This document shows, in pieces, positions 40,648 to 55,644 of a stretch of 64,000 bases of DNA. The stretch is from assembly GCA_964016885.1 (NCBI GenBank), contig OZ024742.1, positions 156,426,001 through 156,490,000 on the forward strand. Reading direction: 5' to 3'. Position 1 is the first letter of the stretch; each line of letters starts with the position of its first letter. The notes below the pieces were generated by a model. That model was not told where the DNA came from and searched no databases. It saw only the letters and a list, made by a program, of their open reading frames with translations. The DNA comes from Eledone cirrhosa. Taxonomy: Eukaryota. The position numbers and the translations under genes were made by a program.

Positions 40648-41329
40648 AGTTTAGTTGAAAGGAATTTATTGACACGTGTTTCTATAACAGTTACCTAACC
40701 TGAAAACGGCTGCTATCTAGAAAGTTTTATTTATGCAGACATTCAATATTTCAATGTTATTATTTACTGTCATTTCATCAGAATAATATTACTGAGGACC
40801 TATTTGGTTTTTATAGAGAATATTAGGAGGGAGGGGTGAAGTTGTTAGAAGAATAGTTGAGGAAGTGGTTTTTTGATAGCAGTGAGAATTTTTGGTGGCA
40901 GTGAGTAATTAGATTCCCATCTGTTGTTTTGACATTTTTATAGAATATATTATTGGTTATTTTTCTAAATTTATAGAAGGATTAGAGATAGTAAAGATAT
41001 GCGTGGTTGGTTTTGTGTTTGCACTTAATTAACATTCAGACTTAAATTTTTCTTTCAAGTGTACGTATCCTTTCAGCCACGCATTCACACACAAATATAT
41101 TTGCACACCTCTACAAAATACATATACTCACATTCACATATTCATACTTACATACATATACACATGCATACGTATATATATATATACACACATGTATTCA
41201 TGTACATACATACGCGCTCGTGTGTATACATTTTCATACTCAACTTATCTTTATATACACACGTATAGACACACACATATATACATACATACTCTAGTCT
41301 ATGTGTACACATATACACATACATACACA

Positions 41330-43201
<1,872 letters not shown>

Positions 43202-43726
43202 ATATATATATATATATATATATAAGCACTTTAATACATGAATACACTTACATCTAACTATACACATCAAACATATTATATTTACTTATTTATATACATT
43301 TTCACATATATATACCTACTTATGCACGTTTTTAGACACATTCATTATCGCATATTTGCACCTATTCTCATCAGCATATCTTTCCATTATTAGTGTGGTA
43401 ATTTAAGGTTATTAATATATGTTGAGAAGAGATTGTTTTTATATTTTTCTAACTAGATTGAGGTTTCTATAGTTAGGGGATGTCCCTCTTTTATGTAATA
43501 TTCGGCTTGTAGTGGGAAAAAAGGGTTTTAGTTCTGTGACGGCAGAATAATGTTCGTATAATTCTGTTATTAAGCAATTTCTTCTTGTGTGTGATTATGT
43601 AATAAATCTCAAGATTACACAATTTGCAGAAATTTTGGCTCCTGGAAAAGCTTTGGCTTTAGCTAATTTCTCCCATTTTAGGGTAAACTTTTGGTCGCTT
43701 TTGATATTACAACACAACGGAAAATA

Positions 43727-43797
<71 letters not shown>

Positions 43798-44051
43798 TGT
43801 AGAAATAAACACATATTTCATCTCTCAGACAGACTAGAGATTTAATCCATTTTGCCCTGAACATTTTCAGGGCTAAACAGATTAAATCTCTAATCTGTCC
43901 GAGAGATGAAATAGTTATTGAGACGGTTTGTATATATTTTCTATATCATCCATTTGCTTCCGGTTAAATTTATCAAACCAATGTGGTTTTCAACCCTCGT
44001 AATTTTAGACACACAATTTACTGTGTTTATTTCTACATATATTATTATATA

Positions 44052-44378
44052 ATTGTTTCTACTTTTGGCATAAGGCCACCAATTATCCCAGTGTATTACT
44101 GGTACTTTATTTTATCGACCCCGTAAGGATGAAAGGCAAAGTTAACCTCGACGGGATTTTAACTAAGACCATATATATTGTTATATAATTGTTTCTACAT
44201 TTGGCACGAGGCCAGCAATTACCCAGTGTATTACTGGTACTTTATTTTATCGAATCCGAAAGGATGAAAGGCAAAGTTAACCTCGGCGGGATTTGAACTC
44301 AGAATGGCAAGGACCGTAACTCTATGCGTCAAAGCATAGCGTCCAACCCTCTACCAATACTGTCAATCCTCCGCCCTT
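44052..44378 (-). mobile_element. Two tandem Meta-like tRNA SINEs (partial 44052-44170, full 44188-44378)
   Basis: Match 19001-19187; B box GTTCAAATC on the minus strand. Confidence 0.82.
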
Positions 44379-44618
44379 ATAATATTATATAATGCTCAGT
44401 CTTTATACTTTGATCTTGTTAATTACAAGTTAATATAAGTTAGTAACTCTGCATTTTATTTGTATTTCGGCTCCCTATCTAGGTGAGCTTAGAAGTTGGG
44501 TGTATTAAGACTATTGGTTTTAGCATATTCACTCCGACCACTTCTAACGTCCAGCGCACGAGGTGAGATATTCATTGATGTGGATTTTAGTTGTATGTGC
44601 TTGTTCCATTTAATCTTG

Positions 44619-44705
44619 TCTCTCGCTGAGGATAGCCTACGGATTATCTGTTACAAACACAATTTTCAGGGCGAAACAGATTATATCTCTAATCCGTCCG
44701 AGAGA
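44619..44705 (+). ncRNA. Full-size type I hammerhead, family I
   Basis: TCTCTCG-CTGAGGA-TAGCCT..AGGGC-GAAA-CAGATTA(TATCTC)TAATCCG-TC-CGAGAGA: 7-bp helix I, long helix III, GUC site. Confidence 0.85.
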
Positions 44706-44972
44706 TGAAATATTTATTGAGACGTTCTGTATTCATCTTCGATATCTTCCGCTTGTTTCAGGTTAAATTTATCAAACCAATGTGGTACTTCAACCCTAGT
44801 AATCTTAGAAACACCAGTGACTGTGTTTATTTCTACATATATTATTATATAATTGTCAGTGTTTATACTTTGAGCTCGTTAATTACAGGGTATCAATATG
44901 AGTTAGTAACTCTGTATTTTATTTGTATGAATATATATATTTGTATATTTTATTTGTATGAATATCTATATT

Positions 44973-45042
<70 letters not shown>

Positions 45043-45309
45043 ATACATATATATATATAATATTGAAAAAGTGCAGAATAACATGGTCAACAGTACAAAA
45101 AGCAGTGCCACTCAATTTTAAATACGATGTTAGCTGTATCAGATCTTCGGAAACTGTTAAAATATATATATATGTAACCGGCAAATTTACAAATTCAAAT
45201 TACATCATCTATAATAATATTAATAATAAAGATATAGAGAGAAAAGGAGGAAAAAATGAAGGTATATACAGTAAAGAAAGAACAGAAAGGAAGGATAAGG
45301 AAGAAGAAG

Positions 45310-45502
45310 GAAAAAGAAAAAGAAAAAGAAAAAGAAAAAGAAAAAGAAAAAGAAAAAGAAAAATAAAAAGAAAAATAAAAATAAAAAGAAAAATAAAAAT
45401 AAAAATAAAAAGAAAAAGAAAAATAAAAATAAAAATAAAAATAAAAATAAAAATAAAAATAAAAATAAAAATAAAAATAAAAATAAAAATAAAAATAAAA
45501 AG
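45310..45502 (+). repeat. (AAAAAG/AAAAAT)n hexamer microsatellite
   Basis: Direct reading. Confidence 0.95.
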
Positions 45503-45607
45503 AGAAAAAGAAGAAAATGGAGAAATTATTATAGATAGAAATATAAAGAGAAGAAGATATATAGAAGATGATGGTAGATATAGGAGAGACAAACATAAGT
45601 AGAAATA

Positions 45608-45700
45608 ACTGTTTCTACTTTAGGCACAATGCCAGCAATTAACCAGTGCATTACTGGTACTTTATTTTATCGACCCCGTAAGGATGAAAGGCAAAGTAAA
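45608..45700 (-). mobile_element. SINE 3' fragment
   Basis: Matches 44188-44280. Confidence 0.75.
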
Positions 45701-46471
45701 CATAAGTAGAAATAACGTAGGATAGAAAGAAGAATAGAGGGACAATTAAATGAATAAACCTTAATACATGAATAAATGTAAATAAAAATAAAAATAGATA
45801 TATAAAACATATATGAACAAATATATTAAAACATATATTAAAAATTGATAAATAAATAAATAAATTATATATAATGTGATATAAAATGGTATAAAATGTA
45901 AAAAATGCAGAATAAAAATAAATAAATACGTAAAAAGAGTAAAAATGTGCGAAGAATATTTAAACATATTAAAATTATTGAGAATGTTTTTTGAGAATTG
46001 TTGAAATATATGGATAGATCTTAAGGTGAAAATATGACAATGTTAAATATATGTATGTGTGTATTGGTTATTTTAATAAATAAATAAATAAATTAGTTTA
46101 ATGTTATATTATACGATAAAATAAAAGGACAGATGAAATAAATTTAGGGAGAGAAATACTACAGCCTCACTACCAGATTTTCCAGCGCAATATGGCAACA
46201 TATTAACTAAAAATATTAACTGTTATTATGAAAATATTATCGCATGATCAGAAGGAACCACGGCAGAGGCTTTACAAGATTCTTCTTAAGGATATTTTAT
46301 TTGTTTACAAGCCTATGGAGTCTGTACTAAAGCACAAATAAATCAAATTATTGTTATAAATCATTTTAGATTCCACCTTTTATGTTGATTAACCTTTTAT
46401 TTTGATTCTAACAGGACATATGTTACACTATGACCTGTTACAAATACGAGTAGTAACGACCCTATTTCAAT

Positions 46472-46850
46472 AATTGTTTCTACTTCAAGCACAAGGCCAG
46501 CAATTAACCAGTGCATTACTGGTACTTTATTTTATCGACCCCCGTAAGGATGAAAGGCAAAGTGAACCACGGCGGGATTTGAACTCATATTTCAATAATA
46601 ATACTACTACTACAACTAATAATAATAATAATAATACCAATAATAAATATATCTACTCTAGTTACAAGCCCTGCTATTTGAGAGAGAAAGTCGATTAAAT
46701 CGACACAGGGGCATCAATTTCCTTTATTTTATAGACCCTCTAAGGATGAAAGGCAAAGCTAACCTCGGAATGATTTGAACTTAATTTGTAAAGACACAAG
46801 CCATAATGCATGTTGTCTGACGTTTTAACGACTCTGCAAATCTACTGCTG
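46472..46850 (-). mobile_element. Two degenerate Meta-like SINE copies
   Basis: TTTATTTTATCGACCCC..AAGGATGAAAGGCAAAG..GATTTGAACT at ~46525 and ~46723. Confidence 0.7.
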
Positions 46851-46869
46851 CTGCTAATCCAGCGGGTAA

Positions 46870-47270
46870 CAGAATGAGGTACGGTTATAAAATTGACAAC
46901 TAAAAATATACCATGACTTAAAATATATGACAGACAGTCCTCAGCTTAAAGGCAGTGATAACATTGGTAGGGGGAATTTAGACAAAAAGAAAAAGAAGTT
47001 GATAATTTCAGTTTCAGTCGAATTAGATGTTGAAACTAAGACTATACAATCTAGGTACAAAAGAAGGCTCTGCCATTTAGCAAGCAATACATCAAAGAGA
47101 AACTAAGGTAGGAATGTTATAAAAGATTACGAGCAATACTGAAATCTTCGCTAAATGCGCATAAAAAGGTTTCAGCCATAAATGCTTTTACAGTTCCAGT
47201 TATTCGATATAGCATTAATATGCTGAACAGAGAGATCAGTGAAATAAAGAGGATTGAGTTGATAATCATG
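46870..47270 (+). pseudogene. Degenerate R4/Dong RT-thumb fragment
   Basis: KEKLR*ECYKRLRAILKSSLNAHKKVSAINAFTVPVIRYS aligns by eye to KELLRTEYIRRVRSVLKSHLNSRNAISAVNSRAVSIIRYS of the intact ORF. Confidence 0.78.
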
Positions 47271-47618
47271 CTTGTCTAGCAGAACTGACTATTTATTTTA
47301 GGTTATTTAAAAAAGAGCAATCCTCCTGATGTGAGGACAGGTGGAACATACGGTTGGGGTACCGCAGAAAGGTAGTGATATTGTACAAGTATCATGAGTG
47401 AATCTCGTCGGAGATTTAATTCAGTGATTGAAACTTTTCCAGAAACATGATGGGATACACTATGTGTTTTTGTTCCCATAATCTTCCAGCCGAAAATGAA
47501 TGGACACTCCATCATAAACAATGAAATTACTTCAAGTATACACATTTTGTGTGCGTGCATTTAATGACATCATATTCTACTGATTGGGGTGTTACATACA
47601 CATCCTGGTTGGTTAACG

Positions 47619-47762
47619 TCTTCTTCTTCTTCTTCTTCATCTTCTTCTTCTTCTTCTTCTTCTTCTTCTTCTTCTTCTTCTTCTTCTTCTTCTTCTTCTT
47701 CTTCTTTTTCTCCTCCTCCTCCTCCTCCTCCTCCTCATATTCTTCTTCTTCTTCTTCTTCTT

Positions 47763-47793
<31 letters not shown>

Positions 47794-47895
47794 TGTTTCT
47801 TCTTCTTCTCCTCCTCCCCCCTCCTCCTCCTCCTCCTCCTCATATTCTTCTTCTTCTTCTTCTTCTTCTTCTTCTTCTTCTTCTTCTTCTTCTTC
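47619..47895 (+). repeat. (CTT)n/(CCT)n compound microsatellite
   Basis: Direct reading. Confidence 0.95.
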
Positions 47896-48282
47896 GTCCA
47901 CATTCAGACCGTCCACCTCGCCACTACACTTTTTATATCTACGCAAAAAGTAACCTAAAAATGCTGACCGTGACCAATTAATCTAACATACCTGATACTT
48001 TCATTTGAAGGAACAGTTCCCGTTTTGTCATTTCTATACCATCGTATAGAGTACGTTATTTAACTGTTTGAAAACTCCCAGAGAGAAATATACTCCAATG
48101 AGAATAAATAAAGCAAAAAAGCATTCAAAAACCAGTTCGATAATTACTTTATAGTTTGCAGCAGGATACACAAGCAAGCCACATTCTATTGCATTTACCA
48201 GCATGACTGACTTCAGACCTACCAGCGAATAAAACATTCATAAAAGTTGGTGAAACATTAGATATCAATTGTCGATATACAT

Positions 48283-48382
<100 letters not shown>

Positions 48383-48732
48383 GTGTGCGTGTGTGTATCT
48401 GTGCATGAATATTTATTTGTATACTTATAAATGTTTACCTGTCACAATGAAAACGATTGTGTATCTATTTATATACCTTCGTACATTCAGATTTATTGTA
48501 GTCCTACACAATATTTAATTACTCATAAGGTGTTTATAGATATGGTTCTTGTTTGTAATCATTTATCTTTACATTTTACATCATTAAAATACAGTAGATT
48601 TATCATGTGTCTGCATATATTTCCCTGTCAAATTTTGCATTCACTCAGCAAACCACGCTATACAGACACACACACACACACACGTACATACACATACACA
48701 CGTACACACACATACACACACACACACACATA

Positions 48733-48783
<51 letters not shown>

Positions 48784-48842
48784 CCACACATACACACACC
48801 CACACATATACACACGCGCACATATATATATATACACATATA

Positions 48843-49045
48843 TATATTTATTGAAATAACAGATTAAAGTTTAAGAAAATAATTGCTGTTTTCACCATTA
48901 ATGGAATCTTCTGAAACTTCAGCGATTCTTTGCTTAAACTTTAATCTATCTAATTAAATATTTGCTCTATGGTTCTTAAATATTTGATATATATTTATTC
49001 TTATCGAGCACTGTTTGGATTTTAGTATGACATTTATTATTATTA
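48843..49045. mobile_element. Family F mini-hairpin with tail
   Basis: Opposed pieces of the family F terminus (cf. 49222-49370 and 51010-51137). Confidence 0.7.
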
Positions 49046-49068
49046 ATACACACACACACACACTCGCG

Positions 49069-49208
<140 letters not shown>

Positions 49209-49221
49209 GTAATAATAATAC

Positions 49222-51137
49222 ATTTGAAGACTGAAATCCAAAGAGGGCTCGATAAGAATACATATATATCAAATATATAAGAACCGTAGAGCAAATATTT
49301 ATTAAAATAACAGATTTAAGTTTAAGCAAAGAATCGCTGCTTCACCATTAACGGGACCTTCTGAAACTAACAAAGTCAATATCTAAACGCAGAAGTGGAT
49401 ATTTCAAAAAACGTTGCAACCGGCGGAAGACAGGAGACGATACTTTGGTTCGTGGTAACGTTCGCTGGCAAATAACGGCCTAAAAACGAATATAATACGT
49501 CATTAATAGGAGCGGTAAAAAACAATTACACGCAAAGACAGGACCAAGTTTATGGTATAAAAGCAGTCGTAGACTAATGTTCTCTTAGGTGGTACATAGG
49601 GACGTTCTCTGGCAATGAGTACTAACTGTAATTGTAGGAATCGGGTTGATTGCCCCCTATCCAGGACATGCTTCTCTAGTAATATTGTCTACAAATGTAA
49701 GGATGAAACAGCCACTTCCCGTAGGGCCTACATAGGGTTAACTGCCAATATATTCAAGCAGCGTCTTTACATGCATACCCATTCCTTTCGTTACCCTCTA
49801 AGAAGGAATATCACGTCACTTTCAGCTTATATCTGGAGTCTAAAAGACAACCACACCCAACATAAGTTACACTGGGAGATCCTAGCTAGGGCTAGATCGT
49901 ATAACGGAAATAAAAGACCATGTGACCTCTGCGCCTCTGAGGCCCTGGAAATACCCTACGCCACAGACCACATCTTAAACAAAAAGATCTGAGGCAATTT
50001 CGGCTTGTAAACATAAATTGCACAAAACTTTCCTGTATTACAGCCCCACATTATACCCTAACGGATAGTACGATCTATACGTGGACATTTTACGTCTTGA
50101 TGTGGTAGCTAAGTATATGTTATGTTTATACCATTACTTATTTGCATAGGTGAGTATATATTACCTGTATCTTTTGTGAAGGTACGTATACTTTCCCGTA
50201 CGTATATTTGATTGTATATGTTATGGAGTATATTTTTATATATTCTGGTACATATGCTTTTTTGTTATGTGTATACGGGAGTTTTGCGTCTGTGTGAGTA
50301 TGCGGGTTCGTACGTATGTTGGGTGTATGTATATGTGTACTACATGTTTTGGTTGACATACGTCTCCGAACATTTGTGTATTTACATGTAGGCATGTATG
50401 TGTGCGCTTGTTATATACGTATTTATTTATTTATATACGTTTATTTAATTATTTATTTATGTGTATACACGCACACACACAAACATATTTATATGTGCGT
50501 GGTTTTGTATACCTATGGCGAATGTTTTCGCGTATACCTGTGTATGTACGTATTTGGACGCGTGTATGTATTTATTTCATTTCAATTACCTCTGTATTGT
50601 ATTTATTTACTTAATTCTTAACTCTGATGCGGAGAATCATTCGGTTTCCTAGTTAGAATTTTAGTCTACGACTTCAGCTATACCATTTACGTGGTTTTGT
50701 CTTTGCGTGCAATTGTTCTCCACGCACCACATATGACGTATTATCTTCGTTTTTTCCGTTCATTGCCAGAGAACGTCTCTATGAAACACCTAAGAGAACA
50801 TTAGTCTACGACTTCTTTTATCCCATAAACAAGGTCTTTTCTTTGCGTGTAATTGTTTTTCACCGCTCCTATTAATGACGTAATATATTCGTTTTTTTCC
50901 CGTTCTTTGCCAGGGAACGTTTCCACGAACCAAAGTATCGTCTTCCTGTCTTCCTCCGGTTGCAACGTTTTTTGAAATATCCACTTCTGCGTTTACAGAT
51001 TGACTTTGTTAATTTCAGAAGATGCCGTTAAGGGTGAATGCAGCGATTCTTTGCTTAAACTTAAATCTGTTATTTTAATAAATATTTGCTCTACGGTTCT
51101 TATATATTTGATATATATTTATTCTTATCGAGCCCTC
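49222..51137 (+). mobile_element. Family F Penelope-like element (Nematis-like): inverted arm 49222-49590 plus GIY-YIG fragment 49615-50030 and 3' UTR
   Basis: CNCRNRVDCPL..C..NIVYKC..AYIGLT..FKQR..H..SF..WEILARA..CDLCASE; arms 49240-49590 vs 50780-51137. Confidence 0.88.
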
Positions 51138-51148
51138 GTAATCTGTAA

Positions 51149-51218
<70 letters not shown>

Positions 51219-51257
51219 ATGAAATATAAGAATCAAAGAACTGTTCAAAACATTATT

Positions 51258-51306
51258 GTGCATACAGCTGTTTCCTCCAAACCGAGGTTTGGATTCTTCG
51301 GAGCAA
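51258..51306 (-). ncRNA. Hammerhead, family G-related (G')
   Basis: Minus strand TTGCT-CCGAAGA-ATCCAAACCTCGGTTTGGAG-GAAA-CAGCTG-TA-TGCA. Confidence 0.75.
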
Positions 51307-52951
51307 TTTATTAATGCATGGACAGTTATATGACCTCCTTTTCAGCCGAGAGACATACCAATACATATTCAAACATTGATACATATTCAAACATTGTGGG
51401 TCAACATTCATTACAGAATTTAGAGTGGCAGTACACACTTCGAGATTACATTTATATTAATAGGTACAATAAAAATCAAAGATATAGGTTAAAATACAAC
51501 ATGAAGATAAGCGGTTATATAGTGCAAATGTTATATGTGTGGCACGCATGTGCGTCTTGTTTATATAGTGTGGCAGAGAGATATGTGTGGTAGAGGCACT
51601 TAGGTAGGTAAATAAGAGTGTTAGGTTGGTAGATCTGGTGGCAAATTCTTTATATGATTGATATAGTCTGTGTGTGGAGAAATATTATAAGCATTAAAGA
51701 TAGTGCAAGCATTAAAAGTGTTATAAGTAATGGAGATGCACAGCGCAGGGATGTCAAGTATTTCATGTACTTCGGCATTTTCATGGTCAGGGGGGTATAT
51801 TTTTCGATTATATGCCCTTCTCATAATCCACGGCAATCCAGTTAGAGATCGTAGTCTGGTGTTCTTTAGTTCGATACAGGAGGTTGTTACGTTTCTAGAA
51901 ACGCCATTGAATACCGCCCGGTATGAAGATTGCGAAAGCATGAATGTACTTGTTCAATTAACACTTAACATTTAATATTCTACCATACTATTTCATTCTA
52001 ATACCATTATAAATGTTGAAGGATTGTACATAAAACGAGTAAATCAGACAAAGTTGGAATTCCTGTTATTAATATATATATATATATATATATATAATAA
52101 TAAAAGGAATTCCAGCTTTAAAATTATAATGATATTATAATCAAATAGTATGGTAGAATATTAAATGTTAAGTGTTAATTGAACATGTACTTTCATGCCT
52201 TCGCAATCTTCTGGTTCAAATTCAGTCAGTGACGGACTCAAATTATCAGCAAACTTTCAACCGGATAAATAAGCGGACCAAAAATCAAGGTAAAATCCCT
52301 TATTTTCCTGCAGCAACTTTCTTTTCGCAAACATGCCTACAACCGAGGTCCCCTCTCCCTTCATTCGATTATTGACGAACAAGGGATTTTATGCACATTA
52401 CATGAACAAAATTGACAAATATTCCCACTGCATTGTGAATGCAATTGAAATCCCTATTTTCACCACTACTACTCTCATTACAGTCCCGATATACATGTGT
52501 GAATGAATCGTAGATGACCACCAGGCTAAAGTCTCCCAGGTTGACCACAACTTACTTTCCCTATTTTTCCACAGGTTACTTTTTTTGCATGTTTCTTTCA
52601 CCTGTGTCTTCCCACGATGGGATCTGTACACTTTTTTCTTCGATACATTTCCTATTTTCCCCCTTTTCCCTTCCCCCTTTCTTCCTCTCTCAACATATCC
52701 CCCCCCCCATTGTTATTCCTCCTTTCCCTCTTTTTCCTATTCTCTCTCCTTTTTCTCCTCTTTTATTCTGTCTTTCTCTCTCCTTTTCCAGCTGGCCTTT
52801 TGATTAATAAAACCCTCGGGCGCACACGAACTACACCGATGTCCTGTAATTCAGCGCCGAAACATCGGTTCGGGAAACATTTACAGCTAACGATGGAAAC
52901 ACCTTTCTTCTTTCACCTCCTGTTCCGTCCTAACCACCATCCTAAACCTTT

Positions 52952-53046
52952 TGAGGGACTCATTTTATAACATGTTATCCATGTGCAACCTGCAGTATTC
53001 TTCTCCCCATTTTTGCACATATATTTACCTAAACTGCGATTCTGTT

Positions 53047-53082
<36 letters not shown>

Positions 53083-53596
53083 TGCTCCCTCGTTCTCTCT
53101 GTTTCTCTTACTTTCTTTCGCCCCCTCTGTCATGTCAGTTAACACTTTCTCTCTACTTACCTCTTCCTCACACTTCAACTCACTCACTCACTCACTGTTT
53201 CTCCCCTTCTCACTTCATCCCGTTCGCGTCGAATACAATTTCCTTCTTTCTTACATTTGGATTCATCTCGAAAGGTCTTTTTTCTACGCGCTCATATATT
53301 CACCCAGCTTAAGCTGACAGAATAACTATGTAGCTTGTGCCCTTCCTATCTACGGTTAGCTTTCCTCTTTGTTGTTTACTTGTCTCACTCGCTTTACGCG
53401 TTTTAATTGTCCTAATAACTTAATTTAGTTATTATTGCACCAACGTGAGGTATATGATTTTTAATGCAATGAAATATCTATGATCGTTGGCAAATCACTG
53501 ATGAGGGACTCATTTCATAACATGTTATCCATGTGCAACCTGCAGTATTCTTCTCCCCATTTTTTCACATATATTTACCTAAACTGCGATTCTGTT

Positions 53597-53634
<38 letters not shown>

Positions 53635-54110
53635 TGCTCCCTCGTTCTCTCTGTTTCTCTTACTTTCTTTCGCCCCCTCTGTCATGTCAGTTAACACTTT
53701 ATATCTACTGACCTCTTCCTCACACTTCCACTCACTCACTCACTGTTTCTCCCCTTCTCACTTCACCCCGTTCGCGTCGAATACAATTTCATTCTTTCTT
53801 ACATTTGGATTCATCTCGAAAGGTCTTTTTTCTACGCGCTGATATATTCACCCAGCTTAAGCTGACAGAATAACTATGTAGCTTGTACCCTTCCTATCTA
53901 GGGTTAGCTTTCCTCTTTGTTGTTTACTTGTCTCACTCGCTTTACGTGTTTTAATTGTCCTAATAACTTAATTTAGTTATTATTGCACCAACGTGAGGTA
54001 TATGATTTTTAATACAATGAAATATCTATGATCGTTGGCAAATCACTGATGAGGGACTCATTTTATAACATGTTATCCATGTGCAACCTGCAGTATTCTT
54101 CTCCCCATTT

Positions 54111-54116
<6 letters not shown>
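52952..54116 (+). repeat. Non-coding tandem repeat, period ~548-550 bp, with permuted hammerhead core motifs at unit junctions
   Basis: TGAGGGACTCA at 52952, 53502, 54050; GAAA-TATC-TA-TGAT-cgttggcaa-ATCA-CTGATGA at 53471-53504 and 54019-54052. Confidence 0.85.
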
Positions 54117-54159
<43 letters not shown>

Positions 54160-54163
<4 letters not shown>

Positions 54164-55026
54164 GCTTATTTTCTCGTATATATTTTGGCATCCATGTATT
54201 TTTTTGTTTTGATTCATGTGATAGAAGAAGATATAAAGTTTTTGTTTAATTAATTCGGTCTATACTTTAAATTTATCTTCCGTTCATCTGTACGGTACTA
54301 TCGTTTAATATACGGATAACATATCTGTAATATCCAATATTAGTTTCTAACTACAATTTACACATCTTCAATTTTAATCTATTATTTTACTCCAATCAGG
54401 ATTTTGACTTTTAATTTCAAATTTTCAATCTTATTACACATTTTAATTTCCACTGCGAAACTATTATATCTAGACCCTAGATTTAAGTTTATATCCTCTT
54501 CACGGCTGATGGTCAATTATATTGTCCAAGCATAATTTAGGGGTAGTATTTAAACCTACTGAAACATATACTCTGCAACTACCTCAAAGTTTCGGACGGC
54601 TACCAGTGGAATGGCGACTAGCAGTATACTACAACTTAGAGGTTGTCACGAACCATTGGACCCTGTCACCTTCCCGGCTTAGATAGGGAGCATTGATTGG
54701 TGTATGTGGGGACTTCCCTACCCTTGCTTCGTTGTGCATTGGGGTAGTAGTTAGAGGGTCAACTTCACATTTGCGCATGCGCAAATACATGAAAGTGTAT
54801 TGGCTCTTACAGGGGAACAGGCGAAGTCTTCAAGAGCATCATCTTTGTCCGTTCCCTTGTCGTTTCAATTTGGATTGCCTCGTGAACGTAACCTTATTAT
54901 GTAAGAAGCTGTCTAGTGAGAGCAGGGCATTGGGTACGCGGAGTCACGTGGCCGCTGTCGAAATATGTATGACAGCCAAATCAATGAAGGACTTTAACAT
55001 CTGAAACTACTTCGCAATGTTTATTA
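54160..55026 (+). mobile_element. Diverged family C relative with decayed HHR (~54908-54977)
   Basis: CAATTTGGATTGCCTCG..CCTTATTATGTAAGAAGCTGTCT..GGACTTTAACATCTGAAACTACTTCGC matches the family C sense strand. Confidence 0.7.
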
Positions 55027-55267
55027 TATATATATGAACCTAATACTAACACTTTTTGTACTACACTCTTCGATATTGTTTTTTTTTTTGCTTTTAACTT
55101 ATATTTGTGTGTTTGGAGAAAAGCCATCCCTTGACCTATTCCTCATATATGGCTGCCACGGCCTATTAATGCCTACCAAGGTCATAAACTCCTTTCTGTA
55201 TGTGATCCAGTGAAAGAAAAAAAAGGAAAGACGATGCTCACGTGAAAGTAGTTTGGATCCAGTGATG

Positions 55268-55311
55268 CCTGTGCTTGAAGATTTGTGTAAGTGAAAAAGG
55301 ACTTGCACGGG
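55268..55311 (+). ncRNA. Degenerate hammerhead-like motif, family R
   Basis: CCTGTGC-TTGAAGA-TTTGTGTAAGT-GAAA-AAGGAC-TT-GCACGGG; 7-bp helix I, weak helix II. Confidence 0.5.
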
Positions 55312-55644
55312 ATCAATCTCGCTATCTAGGCAATGGTAACATGTAACAAAAAAGTAGAAAACGTCAACATCATTGACACCCAAAGAGTTGCAGGTTTAAT
55401 AATAGAGTATTACCTATTTAAAAATGATCTCCTAACAAAAACAAGGTGTATCTCATGACTTTCGGTGAATGATATGTATATATATATATATATATACACG
55501 GACAAATCTTTAGTCCCATAAAACCGGCTGCTATATTTAGCGGCACGAGTATGGAACGAGCTAGGTGCTGTGACACATGTGCGTTCAACAACACATTTCT
55601 CTCAGTCTTCTTAAGTATTTTGAAGTGAAACTTACCAATTTCTG

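Larger units (their letters stand above)
43795..44930 (+). mobile_element. Family I non-coding HHR element: short inverted arm plus partial tandem, interrupted by SINEs
   Basis: Hairpin centred ~43861; 43863-44050 repeated at 44662-44850; 44395-44465 repeated at 44855-44927. Confidence 0.78.

Noticed and set aside
44958-47981. Lys/Arg/Ile-rich and poly-Ser/Phe ORFs
   Set aside because: Read-through of hexamer and triplet microsatellites; no domain or splice evidence
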